A DNA stretch of 63,463 bases, filler included, from Craspedostauros australis (GCA_030167865.1; 9 parts of 9 records of this genome joined end to end with filler, not necessarily neighbours in it), one strand, 5' to 3'; positions 53,275 to 63,463 are shown, counted from the first letter of the whole stretch. Numbers and translations: made by a program. Notes: generated from the letters alone by a model not told the origin.

Positions 53275-54672
53275 CCCATGTCGTCATCCACGTCCTCGGT
53301 GTCGGTGGCCCCTTTGTTGGTGAGGCTTGCGTCGTAGTGGGATTCTTGTCCTTGGTTGGAGTTGCTCATCTTGTTGTTGACGTTGTGTGGTCTCAAGGAA
53401 ACAATGGGAGATGTGTCAGTCTGTTCGACGATGGCTGCAAAGGCGACGTCCTCCATTACCTTGGAGTCAGCATGGTAGTTGCTGTCGTTGTCGCGTGTTT
53501 TCGCCTCGCCTGTGTTCACAGACAAGTTGGTCACAATTTCCAATTCGTTCGTGTTTCCCGAGGTGGGCACACAAATTAATTCGTCTGTCATCACAAGAGC
53601 TACGTCGTTATTTCCCTCCATNNNNNNNNNNGCCACATTAGCCGAGTCTGCCTCTTTCATGGCTGCCTTCAGCTTGAAGCACTGTAGGATCTTGTGTCCC
53701 TTCTTACCGCAGTACTTACACTCCCCGTTGAACTTGGGCTTACTGTTGTTGTCTCCTTGGCCACCCTTCTTGTACTTGCCGTTGCCTTTCTTGGGGGCGG
53801 AGCGGCAATCTGCCTTCTTGTGGCCGTAGGCTCCGCAGTTGTGGCAGTGACCTTTGAAGCCTCCTACTGCAGCGAATGCAGTCTCTTCCTTGTCATGGTT
53901 GCTTTCACGTCTATTACTCCCAAGCTTGAGGTGTCGGCCGTCGTAGGTGGCGCTGACAGACTCGCGGATGTCCTCGAGGGTCATGGTGTCTTCTACACCG
54001 TCGAACTTGAGCTCCAAGAGCTTTACGTCCGTCTCGTACTCCCTTCCGAGGGCGTTGAGTACGAGCATGTGGTACTGTTGCATATCCATCTTGATACCAG
54101 TACTACCGAGGCAATTACGCAGCACTTCCATCTCGGTCAGGAACGTGTCTGGGTGCTCGCCTTTCTTCAACCGCATCCCGTTGAGTTGAGCCAACAACTT
54201 TGCCTTGATAGGCGCGGTACGTTGCTCGTAGATGCGTTCAAGGACCTTCCACGCCTTGCGTGGGTCTCCACTCTTAGTGGGCCCGCCCTTGGTTCCCACC
54301 ACAGCCATGAAGGCAACATTGCCTTCCGTAGTTTCATGGTTGATCGCCATGGTCAGTTCTNNNNNNNNNNNNNNNNNNNNNNNNNNNNNNNNNNNNNNNN
54401 NNNNNNNNNNTGTATACCTCCTTCTCCTCAGCAGTCATCGAGGCTATCTTCTTCGCGATAGACTCACCCTCTTCGATCTTCACATCGGAAACGAAGGCGC
54501 TGGGGCCGAAGGGAGCTGGCTTCGCCTCCACCTTGTCTAGATCCATGAGATACAGGTCCTCAAGGCCCCTGCCCGCGGCGCGAGCTAGGAACTTGATGCT
54601 CCAGCCTGTCCAGCTGGAACGCTTGCCGTCGAAGATGACAACGCGGTCACTCTTGCGGAAATAGGAGCTCAT
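53127..54672 (-). CDS. Ty1/Copia gag with two CCHC zinc knuckles; no pol follows
   Basis: VVIFDGKRSSWTGWSIKFLARA, AWKVLERIYE, LNALGREYE, CHNCGAYGHKKADC, CKYCGKKGHKILQC. Interrupted by N gaps. Confidence 0.88.
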
Positions 54673-55172
54673 GGTGGTGTGGTGGTGGTGATGTTNGTTG
54701 CTGTGTTGGTGGGTGATGGAAACNTTGGATTTCAATNGTAACGTTTCGAAACGTGTTGGAAATCCGGGGTTATAGTAGTAGACTAATCTGTTATCAGTCT
54801 GTACCGTTTTAGAACTGTGAGCATAACATGCTCATCTCCTTTCGATTCCGATCTCACAACAAGCATGATCTGCAGTAGCCACCCGAGGTTACACCCTTTA
54901 GCTTGGCTCCTTTCGTCTGCATCTTCATCTTGCTTTCATNNNNNNNNNNNNNNNNNNNNNNNNNNNNNNNNNNNNNNNNNNNNNNNNNNNNNNNNATACT
55001 CGTAGACCTGTAGGTACCTCTCCTTCGGTCTCCTGTCACCTCACTGGTCCCACTTCATTTCAGTTCCTCCCTCCGGTCATCTCGATGGTTGCCTTTGGAT
55101 GTTTGGAACTTATCGTCATCTGGATCGTGGTCTTGGGTGAATAAGGATCGCCTCTGTTTCGCTTTCTCATAT

Positions 55173-56668
55173 CCACGGTGATTTTTTGTTGCGTCAGGAC
55201 GCAAAATCACCTTTTTTTGTCTCCTGACGCAAAAGTACCCGGATGGATAAAATTGGTTGCGTCAGGACGCAAAATTGAATTTAGCGTGGACGTTTAACAC
55301 GGAAGACATTTTCCGCTCGACTAGTTTGATTAAGTGGAACGTTCCTCCCTTTTCCGTTCGACACCGAATCGATTGGGTTCTTGGCATTTCCACGCTTGCA
55401 GATTCCTTCCTCCATGACAACAACAACACCATGATGCGTTGCACGTCCTTGTGATGCACTTGCGTGACAGCAACATGTTTGCCCTTGCCACACCTCTCCG
55501 GTGGCCCTTCGTTCACAACACGTCGTTCCGCAGCGACTTTCATCCTCTTGTCTCTCTACAGCTTCTGAAGCATTCTCTGCCTCACGCTTTGTCATGCAGC
55601 CATCCAATGCCCATGCTGTCACCTGTGACATCTCCCCTGTTGCTGATCCCAATGGCCATGGTAACACCCATCCTGACGATCATCCCTTCAATGTTGATCA
55701 ACTCTCTCATGGCAACGGTCACCCACCCTTGGAGGATGTGGATGTGGCTTCGGTCCGCAGTGACGACGCCAATGTCTCCATTGGCCTTGTTCCTCCCCAA
55801 CCTACGAAAGACTTTGGTATCTTTCCTTCCAACCGGAGGGATGCCACGCAGCATGTCATCATTCCTCCCACTGAAGGAGGATCCAAAGCAAAACCGATCG
55901 GAGGAGGAAAGGGAGGCACTCGGGGTGCCATCGAGTGGCACATCCTCTGTCCAGAATTCTACCGCACGACTGTGTCTGTTGGACATGCAGATGATGCACT
56001 GCTGTCGAACGCGCGCATGGAGATTCGAAGTCTCCGTCGAGCCATCCTCCAACTCTTCCCAAAGGCACCACCCGGATCCGCGCCTTTCGTGCCAACGCCA
56101 CACGATTTGGTGCGGCACGTCCTTGGTCCAGCCTCCATCATCTACACTGATGCGTTTGGGCCAGGTGGGTTGGGGTTATCATACATGGAGTTCTCACAAT
56201 TCTTGTATGGTTTCCTGGCCCANATGATTCATGGATGTACTGCAAAGAGGCTGTATGATNCTGGTGTCAACGAGCAGCTTCGCNACTTCCCGTCCAAAGA
56301 GTTGTACCTTTCCACTTGGGCCAAGCTTCAGGNCAATGGAGAGGCACCCACACTGTTTGAACATCGATTTCTTTGGGCAGATCTCGAGGTTGCAGTGAAT
56401 CGTTGCGTTCAGAAGATTTGCCTCAATCACGGAGACGCACCAAGAATCATCACGCTCGATGACGACAAAGTGCACTGCCGCAGTCACTCAGACAGTAGCT
56501 GCTTGCGGAGCATGCATCACACACAAACCAACCGCAAAGGGTAAGATACAATAGATGGTGTTCTCTTGGATATGAGCAATTGATTGGTGGATCATTTTTC
56601 CTTTTCTTTTCAATTCTTCTCATCCATTCCTCTTCTTCTTTATTCCATCTCTCTTCCAGATTGACACT
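55173..56668 (+). mobile_element. 5' part of an atypical piggyBac-like DNA transposon (copy 2 of the DDDK family): terminus, palindromic subterminal motifs, transposase exon 1, intron
   Basis: ATAT (55169-55172) then CCACGGTGATTTTTTGTT. TTGCGTCAGGACGCAA twice plus an inverted partial copy at 55189-55273. The transposase ORF starts ~420 bp inside. Confidence 0.72.
55594..56668 (+). CDS. piggyBac-like DDD transposase, exon 55594-56540, intron 56541-56659, next exon starting 56660 (truncated)
   Basis: EFSQFLYGF...FLWADLEVAVN...ITLDDDKVHC...TNRKG. Donor GG|GTAAGA, polypyrimidine tract and CAG acceptor give NRKG-LT. Confidence 0.72.
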
Positions 56669-56768
56669 NNNNNNNNNNNNNNNNNNNNNNNNNNNNNNNN
56701 NNNNNNNNNNNNTTAATTAATTAANNNNNNNNNNNNNNNNNNNNNNNNNNNNNNNNNNNNNNNNNNNN
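56669..56768. other. Artificial scaffold linker
   Basis: TTAATTAATTAA at 56713-56724. Confidence 0.97.
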
Positions 56769-58040
56769 GAGGACTCCCATACCGACGAGTGGTGTGAGGG
56801 CGGAGGTGGTGATGGAGGAGGACTGGACGACCATGGTGATTCCGGCTCCGAGGACGATGGCGAGGTATCCGTTGATGTTGGTGGCCTTGTGGATGATGCG
56901 GGTGGAGGTTCCAAGGAGCATCTTCTGGAGCATGGTGACCATGGCGAAGAGGCAGATGAAGAGGATTCCGATGGCGATGATGAAGATGATGAATCCGGCG
57001 ATCTGGTCGTCNTTCTTGGTGGCCTCTGGCTGGAAGAAGGCTGGGCAGTCTCCGGTCTTCTTGTCGCATCCGATGAGNCCGACCTTNTTGCAGGACTTCT
57101 TGGTTGGGTTGTTGTTGTCGGTGCAGTTGATTGGGTAGAAGTCAGAGCACGATCCTCCCTTGGCGACGGCCTCGATGACCTTCTTGTTGGCGATGATGAC
57201 CTTCTTTCCGAGGGGGGAGACGAGCTTCTTGACTGGTCCCTCCCACTTGTCGCCCTTCTCGGTGTCGGCGTTGCTGACCATGGCCTTGGTGATGGCATTG
57301 AGGTATCCGGTGATGACCTCGAGTGGGAGAAGGACGCCGACGGAGAGGAAGTTGAACATATCGTGGACGGTGGCTCCGGCGAAGGCGCGCTCGAGCTGGT
57401 CTCCANNNNNNNNNNNNNNNNNNNNNNNNNNNNNNNNNNNNNNNNNNNNNNNNNNGAGCATGGTGACCATGGCGAAGAGGCAGATGAAGAGGATTCCGAT
57501 GGCGATGATGAAGATGATGAATCCGGCGATCTGGTCGTCGTTCTTGGTGGCCTCTGGCTGGAAGAAGGCTGGGCAGTCTCCGGTCTTCTTGTCGCATCCG
57601 ATGAGTCCGACCTTCTTGCAGGACTTCTTGGTTGGGTTGTTGTTGTCGGTGCAGTTGATTGGGTAGAAGTCAGAGCACGATCCTCCCTTGGCGACGGCCT
57701 CGATGACCTTCTTGTTGGCGATGATGACCTTCTTTCCGAGNNNNNNNNNNNNNNNNNNNNNNNNNNNNNNNNNNNNNNNNNNNNNNNNNNNNNNNNNNNN
57801 NNNNNNNNNNNNNNNNNNNNNNNNNNNNNNNNNNNNNNNNNNNNNNNNNNNNNNNNNNNNNNNGCCGACGGAGAGGAAGTTGAACATATCGTGGACGGTG
57901 GCTCCGGCGAAGGCGCGCTCGAGCTGGTCTCCATCTCCCAAATGGCCGATGGCGACGATGGTGTTGGTGACGGAGGTTCCGATGTTGGCACCCATGATCA
58001 TGAAGATTCCCTGCTTGACGGAGACGGCATCAGCACCGAC
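56769..58040 (-). CDS. SLC34A: Sodium-dependent phosphate cotransporter, SLC34/NptA family (internal fragment with assembly duplication)
   Basis: [29 protein letters not shown] and VQSSSITTS signature motifs. The segment is repeated across N gaps. Confidence 0.93.
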
Positions 58041-58140
58041 NNNNNNNNNNNNNNNNNNNNNNNNNNNNNNNNNNNNNNNNNNNNTTAATTAATTAANNNN
58101 NNNNNNNNNNNNNNNNNNNNNNNNNNNNNNNNNNNNNNNN
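58041..58140. other. Artificial scaffold linker
   Basis: TTAATTAATTAA at 58085-58096. Confidence 0.97.
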
Positions 58141-58380
58141 GATGTGCAACATCTGTGATGTCTACATCTGCAAGCAACACTGGGCTACATACCATGGTCA
58201 GGATCAGGGCTGACGAATTTTTTTTACTAGTAAAACCGTGTGAATAAGAAGAATGGTTCCGAACTAGATTAAAAAAGAAAGCTTTCTGTCGTAGCTCCTG
58301 GTAGGGAAACCTCGTTCAAAATTTAACACGGGCCGAAAAAAAAGGATATAATGAACGCGTTGGACCCGGGTCGTTAAGGG
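58141..58380 (+). mobile_element. 3' end of a piggyBac transposon: Cys-rich C-terminal domain (58142-58213) and right terminus ...GTCGTTAAGGG
   Basis: Translates MCNICDVYICKQHWATYHGQDQG* (CxxC.v.iC...w..yH, piggyBac CRD pattern). The reverse strand of the end reads CCCTTAACGACC, a piggyBac-type terminus. Confidence 0.72.
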
Positions 58381-59312
58381 ATAGTCGAGTGAGTCTTGAT
58401 TACACGATTGAGATTCAGTCACTACAGTCATCGAACCTGACGTAGGCACTGACATCATCGTATGACGTCAGAGGATCAGTCATTGTGATCCTCGGAATCG
58501 AGATTATATTTTAGTCATGGTATGCTGACCTGTCTAGCCTAGCCAAGTGCATCATCGAGCACGTGGCAACAACATTTAGGATCCAGAACAACATCGTCAG
58601 AGGTGATGCATGCACCTCGTCGACNNNNNNNNNNNNNNNNNNNNNNNNNNNNNNNNNNNNNNNNNNNNNNNNNNNNNNNNNNNNNNNNNNNNNNNNNNNN
58701 NNNNNNNNNNNNNNNNNGATATCGTGTAAATCAACATGCCATCTTGGGCAATGTTTTAGGAAAGACTGCGAGATAAACCACGAGGTAATCGAGCAGCACA
58801 TTAGAAACCCGTGCAATAGGCACCATCTTTAGAATGATGAGATCATGTTCTCATAATCCAAACTCAATCATCAATTGACTACAACTAACTTAGAACACAA
58901 CAAACACCAAACATCTCCAACTTCACCTATCGNNNNNNNNNNNNNNNNNNNNNNNNNNNNNNNNNNNNNNNNNNNNNNNNNNAGCCAAGTGCATCATCGA
59001 GCACGTGGCAACAACATTTAGGATCCAGAACAACATCGTCAGAGGTGATGCATGCACCTCGTCGACATAGACGGATCAATCCATATGTGATCAAACAGAG
59101 ATCAAGATTAGGCAAGACCAGGAGAGATGGAGAAAGACCCAAAGGCGAGAATAACACGNNNNNNNNNNNNNNNNNNNNNNNNNNNNNNNNNNNNNNNNNN
59201 NNNNNNNNNNNNNNNNNNNNNNNNNNNNNNNNNNNNNNNNNNNNNNNNNNNNNNNNNNNNNNNNNNNNNNNNNNNNNNNNNNNNNNNNNNTCTCATAATC
59301 CAAACTCAATCA

Positions 59313-60773
59313 TCAATTGACTACAACTAACTTAGAACACAACAAACACCAAACATCTCCAACTTCACCTATCGGATTGTTCACCCAGGCGGCGTAGTAA
59401 GTGCAGTGTTTGGTGCCCTTGACTTGTATTGAATTGCTGATTATCATCGCGTACGAAGTTCTAGGAACGTCGGTGTCCCTGACGCGTCGAGTGGCATGCC
59501 AGCGGTCCCCGCGTACCTCGTTGTCGTACGAGGACTGTGCCTTGTTGCAAATCGCCATCCACGTGAGGTCCTTGGCGGCCAGCTTTGGCAAGGCGTGCTC
59601 GTACGTGAATACAGGGAGACGCATGAGGATCTTCTCAAGGTCATCCTTCATCACATAGAGAGGACGTCGGTACTGTTCACCGGAGAGGCTCTTCCCTCCC
59701 GCTTGGAGGAAGGCGTCAAGGATGTTGCGGAGGAGACGGAGGTCGAAGCGACTGGCGTCGTCGAGGCGTTTGCAGAGTGAACGGAGATGGATGGCCATGG
59801 ATCCCACGTTGTCACCAGCAAACTGGTGGCTTCGGACGGAGCGAATGCGATCCGTGATCATGTCTTGCTCATCCAGCGAGTTGGCCGTGATGCTGTTCAT
59901 GAACTCGATGAAGAGCGTGATGAAGTTGTTGTGGTACGTCGGCTTGATACGGTTCATCAGCTGGTCTTCGAGGGCTGGATCAAGGCTGTCACGGAAGAAG
60001 GCTGCGGCTGTCCAGTTGTTCTGGACGTCGTAGTGGTCCCATCTCGGACTGTACTCATCGAAGTGCCTTGTGGCGTCTTCAAGAGTGAAGGAAGCCGGAG
60101 CATCGAGAACACAGGTCATCTTGGATGTGGCTGTGTCGTTGGAGATGTAAGCCATGGTGATGAGTCCGGTCTTGGACAGGTGATTTCGCACAAGGCGAAC
60201 GAACTGCTGAATGCTGTTCCCTTTCTTGAACTTGTCGGTTAACCCAGTTTCGCGCTTGGATTGGTTGGTGGAATCCGCCCCGTTGTGAAGGATTCTCTGT
60301 TGTTGGGAGTTCGTCCACATGGTCTGGGATTCGTCTTCGAGGCCCGTCCAGGTTGAGTTCGGTGCTCCTCCTGTCCAGGGGACCCAGTTACGGCCTTGCA
60401 GGCGGAGACCTCCCATGATGGGGGCCGTGGGCTTGCCGGAGAGGTCGGGGTCTCCATCTTCGCTTTCACTGCCGGGATCGTCCCTCTTCTTGGTTCCTGG
60501 GGTCTCGATGTCGCCAAAGAGACTCCCGCTTAGGAAGGAAGGGTTGAGGTCATCACGGGTTGTCGTCCCGGTTCCGCCTGGGTTGAGACCGGCGCGGAGA
60601 GGGGTGGCGCTGGCTCCCGACGCTGTTTGCGTGGTTGTCGCTGCCACTCTTGCTGCTTCTGCAGTTGTTTCGGCTGCGATTGCGGCCTGTGTGAGGCGCG
60701 CATTCTCAGTGGTGAGCGCTTGGAGCTGCGCTTGCAGCTCTTCCAGCGTGAGGGGGGTAGCCTCATCCGCCAT
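59313..60773 (-). CDS. Gag of a diatom CoDi-type Copia LTR retrotransposon, apparently truncated
   Basis: N-terminal coiled coil, PIMGG...WVPWTGGAPNSTWTGL, WDHYDVQN, FAGDNV; motifs recalled from CoDi gag. No protease, integrase or RT follows. Confidence 0.72.
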   Translation of the reverse strand: MADEATPLTLEELQAQLQALTTENARLTQAAIAAETTAEAARVAATTTQTASGASATPLRAGLNPGGTGTTTRDDLNPSFLSGSLFGDIETPGTKKRDDPGSESEDGDPDLSGKPTAPIMGGLRLQGRNWVPWTGGAPNSTWTGLEDESQTMWTNSQQQRILHNGADSTNQSKRETGLTDKFKKGNSIQQFVRLVRNHLSKTGLITMAYISNDTATSKMTCVLDAPASFTLEDATRHFDEYSPRWDHYDVQNNWTAAAFFRDSLDPALEDQLMNRIKPTYHNNFITLFIEFMNSITANSLDEQDMITDRIRSVRSHQFAGDNVGSMAIHLRSLCKRLDDASRFDLRLLRNILDAFLQAGGKSLSGEQYRRPLYVMKDDLEKILMRLPVFTYEHALPKLAAKDLTWMAICNKAQSSYDNEVRGDRWHATRRVRDTDVPRTSYAMIISNSIQVKGTKHCTYYAAWVNNPIGEVGDVWCLLCSKLVVVN

Positions 60774-61061
60774 GGTGGATGGCGTGGGCTTCAGAGAGGT
60801 CTTCGGACTTCACGGATCGATCTTTCTTGCGTCCTGCTGATTTCGCTTGGTCTCACTTCTTGGAAGGTGTGCACTGAGACTCGGCGAAAGCTCTTGAGGA
60901 GGCAAGCGCTTGGTGTTCAAGCGGTTGGGTTGCTTGCTTGGCAGAGGCTGCTGTCAGGTGACACTGTCGGTCACTGGCAGGTGGGACTTTTGTCTTGGGT
61001 TGCTCGGTTTTCGAGCGATGGCGTCTGACGATGATTCAGATGCATTCGGATGAAGACCCTG

Positions 61062-61161
61062 NNNNNNNNNNNNNNNNNNNNNNNNNNNNNNNNNNNNNNN
61101 NNNNNTTAATTAATTAANNNNNNNNNNNNNNNNNNNNNNNNNNNNNNNNNNNNNNNNNNNN
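61062..61161. other. Artificial scaffold linker
   Basis: TTAATTAATTAA at 61106-61117. Confidence 0.97.
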
Positions 61162-61202
61162 CAATATGGTGTTTCAGAACACCCGATTCCTGACACCCTT
61201 CC
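61162..61202 (-). repeat. Polypurine tract (GGAAGGG, 61202-61196) and start of 3' LTR (TGTCAGG..., from 61195)
   Basis: Lies ~30 bp downstream of the RNase H stop codon on the minus strand. Confidence 0.7.
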
Positions 61203-61233
61203 ATTGCCGCTCCAACCATGTCATCCACCATGT

Positions 61234-63463
61234 TCAGTCCAATGCCGATCTGGGCTGAATGATGCTCTCCTTGTGCCGATCGTAGATCTCCTTCTTAGTA
61301 TTCTTCGTGAATCCGTCGGAGATGTTATCTTCCGACTTCACGAATCGAGCTCTCGCCTCCTTGTTAGCAATCAGCTCTCTGATGAAGTGNNNNNNNNNNN
61401 NNNNNNNNNNNNNNNNNNNNNNNNNNNNNNNNNNNNNNNNNNNNNNNNNNNNNNNNNNNNNNNNNNNNNNNNNNNNNNNNNNNNNNNNNNNNNNNNNNNN
61501 NNNNNNNNNNNNNNNNNNNNNNNNNNAGCGGATCTCCTTTCCAGCTTCTGACAGTGCGACATACTCGGCCTCGGTCGAGCTCAGTGTCACGCTGCGTTGC
61601 GCCTTCGATCTCCAGATGATAGGCACTCCTTGTAGCAGGACCAGATGTCCTCCAACGCTGATGCGATTGTCCTTGTCTCCAGCGAACTCGCTGTCGGTGT
61701 ACACCACGATCTTCCATGCGTTGTTGTTCAACGGCTTGGGCTCCATCCTCNNNNNNNNNNNNNNNNNNNNNNNNNNNNNNNNNNNNNNNNNNNNNNNNNN
61801 CGTGAATCCGTCGGAGATGTTATCTTCCGACTTCACGAATCGAGCTCTCGCCTCCTTGTTAGCAATCAGCTCTCTGATGAAGTGATTGCGTATATCGATG
61901 TGTCTCGTTCTTGCTGATGTCGAAGGATTGGTGGCGATGAAGATCGCCCCCACGTTGTCGACCATCACATCTGCAGGTCTCTCCATCTTCAACCCGATGT
62001 CTTCCATCAGTTGAGTCAAAAAGCGGATCTCCTTTCCAGCTTCTGACAGTGCGACATACTCGGCCTNNNNNNNNNNNNNNNNNNNNNNNNNNNNNNNNNN
62101 NNNNNNNNNNNNNNNNNNNNNNNNNNNNNNNNNNNNNNNNNNNNNNNNNNNNNNNNNNNNNNNNNNNNNNNNNNNNNNNNNNNNNNNNNNNNNNNNNNNN
62201 NNNNNNNNNNNNNNNNNNNNNNNNNNNNNNNNNNNNTCCATCCTCAATCCGTATTCTCTCGTGTCCGACACGAACTTCATCACTCTCAGCATCTCCTTGT
62301 ATGCTGTGGTCGTTGGTCCATCCAACACCTTCGTAAGCTCTCGGACTGCATTCGCGATGTCTGGTCTCGAGTGCTTCACCAGGTATAGTAGCATACCCAC
62401 TCCACTGCGGTATCTGNNNNNNNNNNNNNNNNNNNNNNNNNNNNNNNNNNNNNNNNNNNNNNNNNNCTCCATCCTCAATCCGTATTCTCTCGTGTCCGAC
62501 ACGAACTTCATCACTCTCAGCATCTCCTTGTATGCCGTGGTCGTTGGTCCGTCCAACACCTTAGTAAGCTCTCGGACTGCATTCGCGATGTCTGGTCTCG
62601 AATGCTTCACCAGGTATAGTAGCATACCCACTCCACTGCGGTATCTGCTGTGTCGATCCTTGTCGACCTTGGGCGCTTCACTGTTCCTCTGGATCCCTTG
62701 ACCTGGTGTGCCTGGGGTTCCGTACCGTTGAAGCTTCGTCACGTCGCTCTTGAATGTGTCCGTGATGTTCTTGATGATGTGCGGCTGGTTCACCCAGCAG
62801 TTGGTTTCGCTCTCGTTGAATTCGATCCGGCAACTCAAGTAGTCTTCGAGTCCATCCTCGACCTTGATGCCGAATCGTTCGCGCTTGATGTCCTTCACCA
62901 GTCGATTCAGTTCGAGGGTGCTTCCGATGCACAGGCGATCGTCGGCGTACGTCCTGATGAGGACGAGACTCCCTTCCCGATTCCGGATTGGCAGACATGG
63001 ATCCGCCTTGTTCTCCCGGAAGCCAAGCTTGGTCAGTGTGTTCACAAGCTCCTCGTTCCATTGCCTTGCGCTCTGGACCAACCCGTAAATGGTCTTCTTC
63101 AGCAGCAGGCATTCGTCCGGTTCATGCTCCATTCCTTTGGGGCATTGCATGTAGATCTCTTCCTCGAGATCCCCGTGTAGGAAGGCNNNNNNNNNNNNNN
63201 NGATGATGCTGTCTGTCTTCAACAGCATCTTCATGGTTAGCATCACTCGGTATGTTGCATCGTGGATCACTGGCGCATGATGAGCGGAAAAATCCACTCC
63301 AGCAATCTGCGAGTATCCACAGGCAACCAACCTGGCGCGAAAGACTCCATTTCTCTTCTCCTTGAAGACCCATTTCGTTTTCACACATCGCCGATCCCTC
63401 GGCATCTTGTTCTTCTTGATCTTCTGCCAGACTCCTCGTCTCGTCATGTCGTAGAACTCCTTA
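61234..63463 (-). mobile_element. Ty1/Copia pol fragment (RT + RNase H) with assembly duplications
   Basis: KWVFKEK, RARLVACGYSQ, AFLHGDLEEEIYM, IYGLVQSARQW, YADD, RPDIANAVREL, YTDSEFAGD, SSTEAEYVA, RTRHIDIRNHFIRE. Confidence 0.95.

Noticed and set aside
3952..61117. Recurrent TTAATTAATTAA motif (8 copies) that might suggest TTAA target sites or a regulatory repeat
   Set aside because: Always centred in exactly 100-nt N blocks. It is a six-frame-stop linker used to concatenate scaffolds, so neighbourhoods across linkers have no biological meaning.

Overview
Eukaryotic, almost certainly diatom, draft-assembly DNA. The evidence is a bipartite plastid-targeting presequence, short GT-AG introns, CoDi-type Copia gag and an Ambal-like LINE. 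The window is not one locus: it is nine unrelated scaffolds joined by 100-nt N linkers that each carry TTAATTAATTAA. Many 50-N gaps are flanked by duplicated overlaps, which are assembly artefacts. Host genes: a plastid NAD(P)-binding Rossmann protein, BMS1, a mitochondrial MnSOD, a partial SLC34 Na+/Pi cotransporter, a small 3-exon membrane protein, two near-identical copies of a giant type II membrane protein with about 11 Cys-rich repeats, and two paralogous secreted proteins, one with about 140 PTSG mucin-like repeats. The rest is transposon-rich. Most interesting: (1) two diverged copies of an atypical piggyBac-like family with a DDDK motif, an intron at the same position, matching ATAT|CCAYGGTGA termini and family-specific palindromic subterminal arrays; (2) a probable tyrosine-recombinase retroelement whose ORF2 begins with degenerate C5 DNA-methyltransferase-like motifs; (3) a gag-only Copia element with a perfect palindrome where the tRNA primer-binding site should be. 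All family assignments come from motif reading; no database searches were run.
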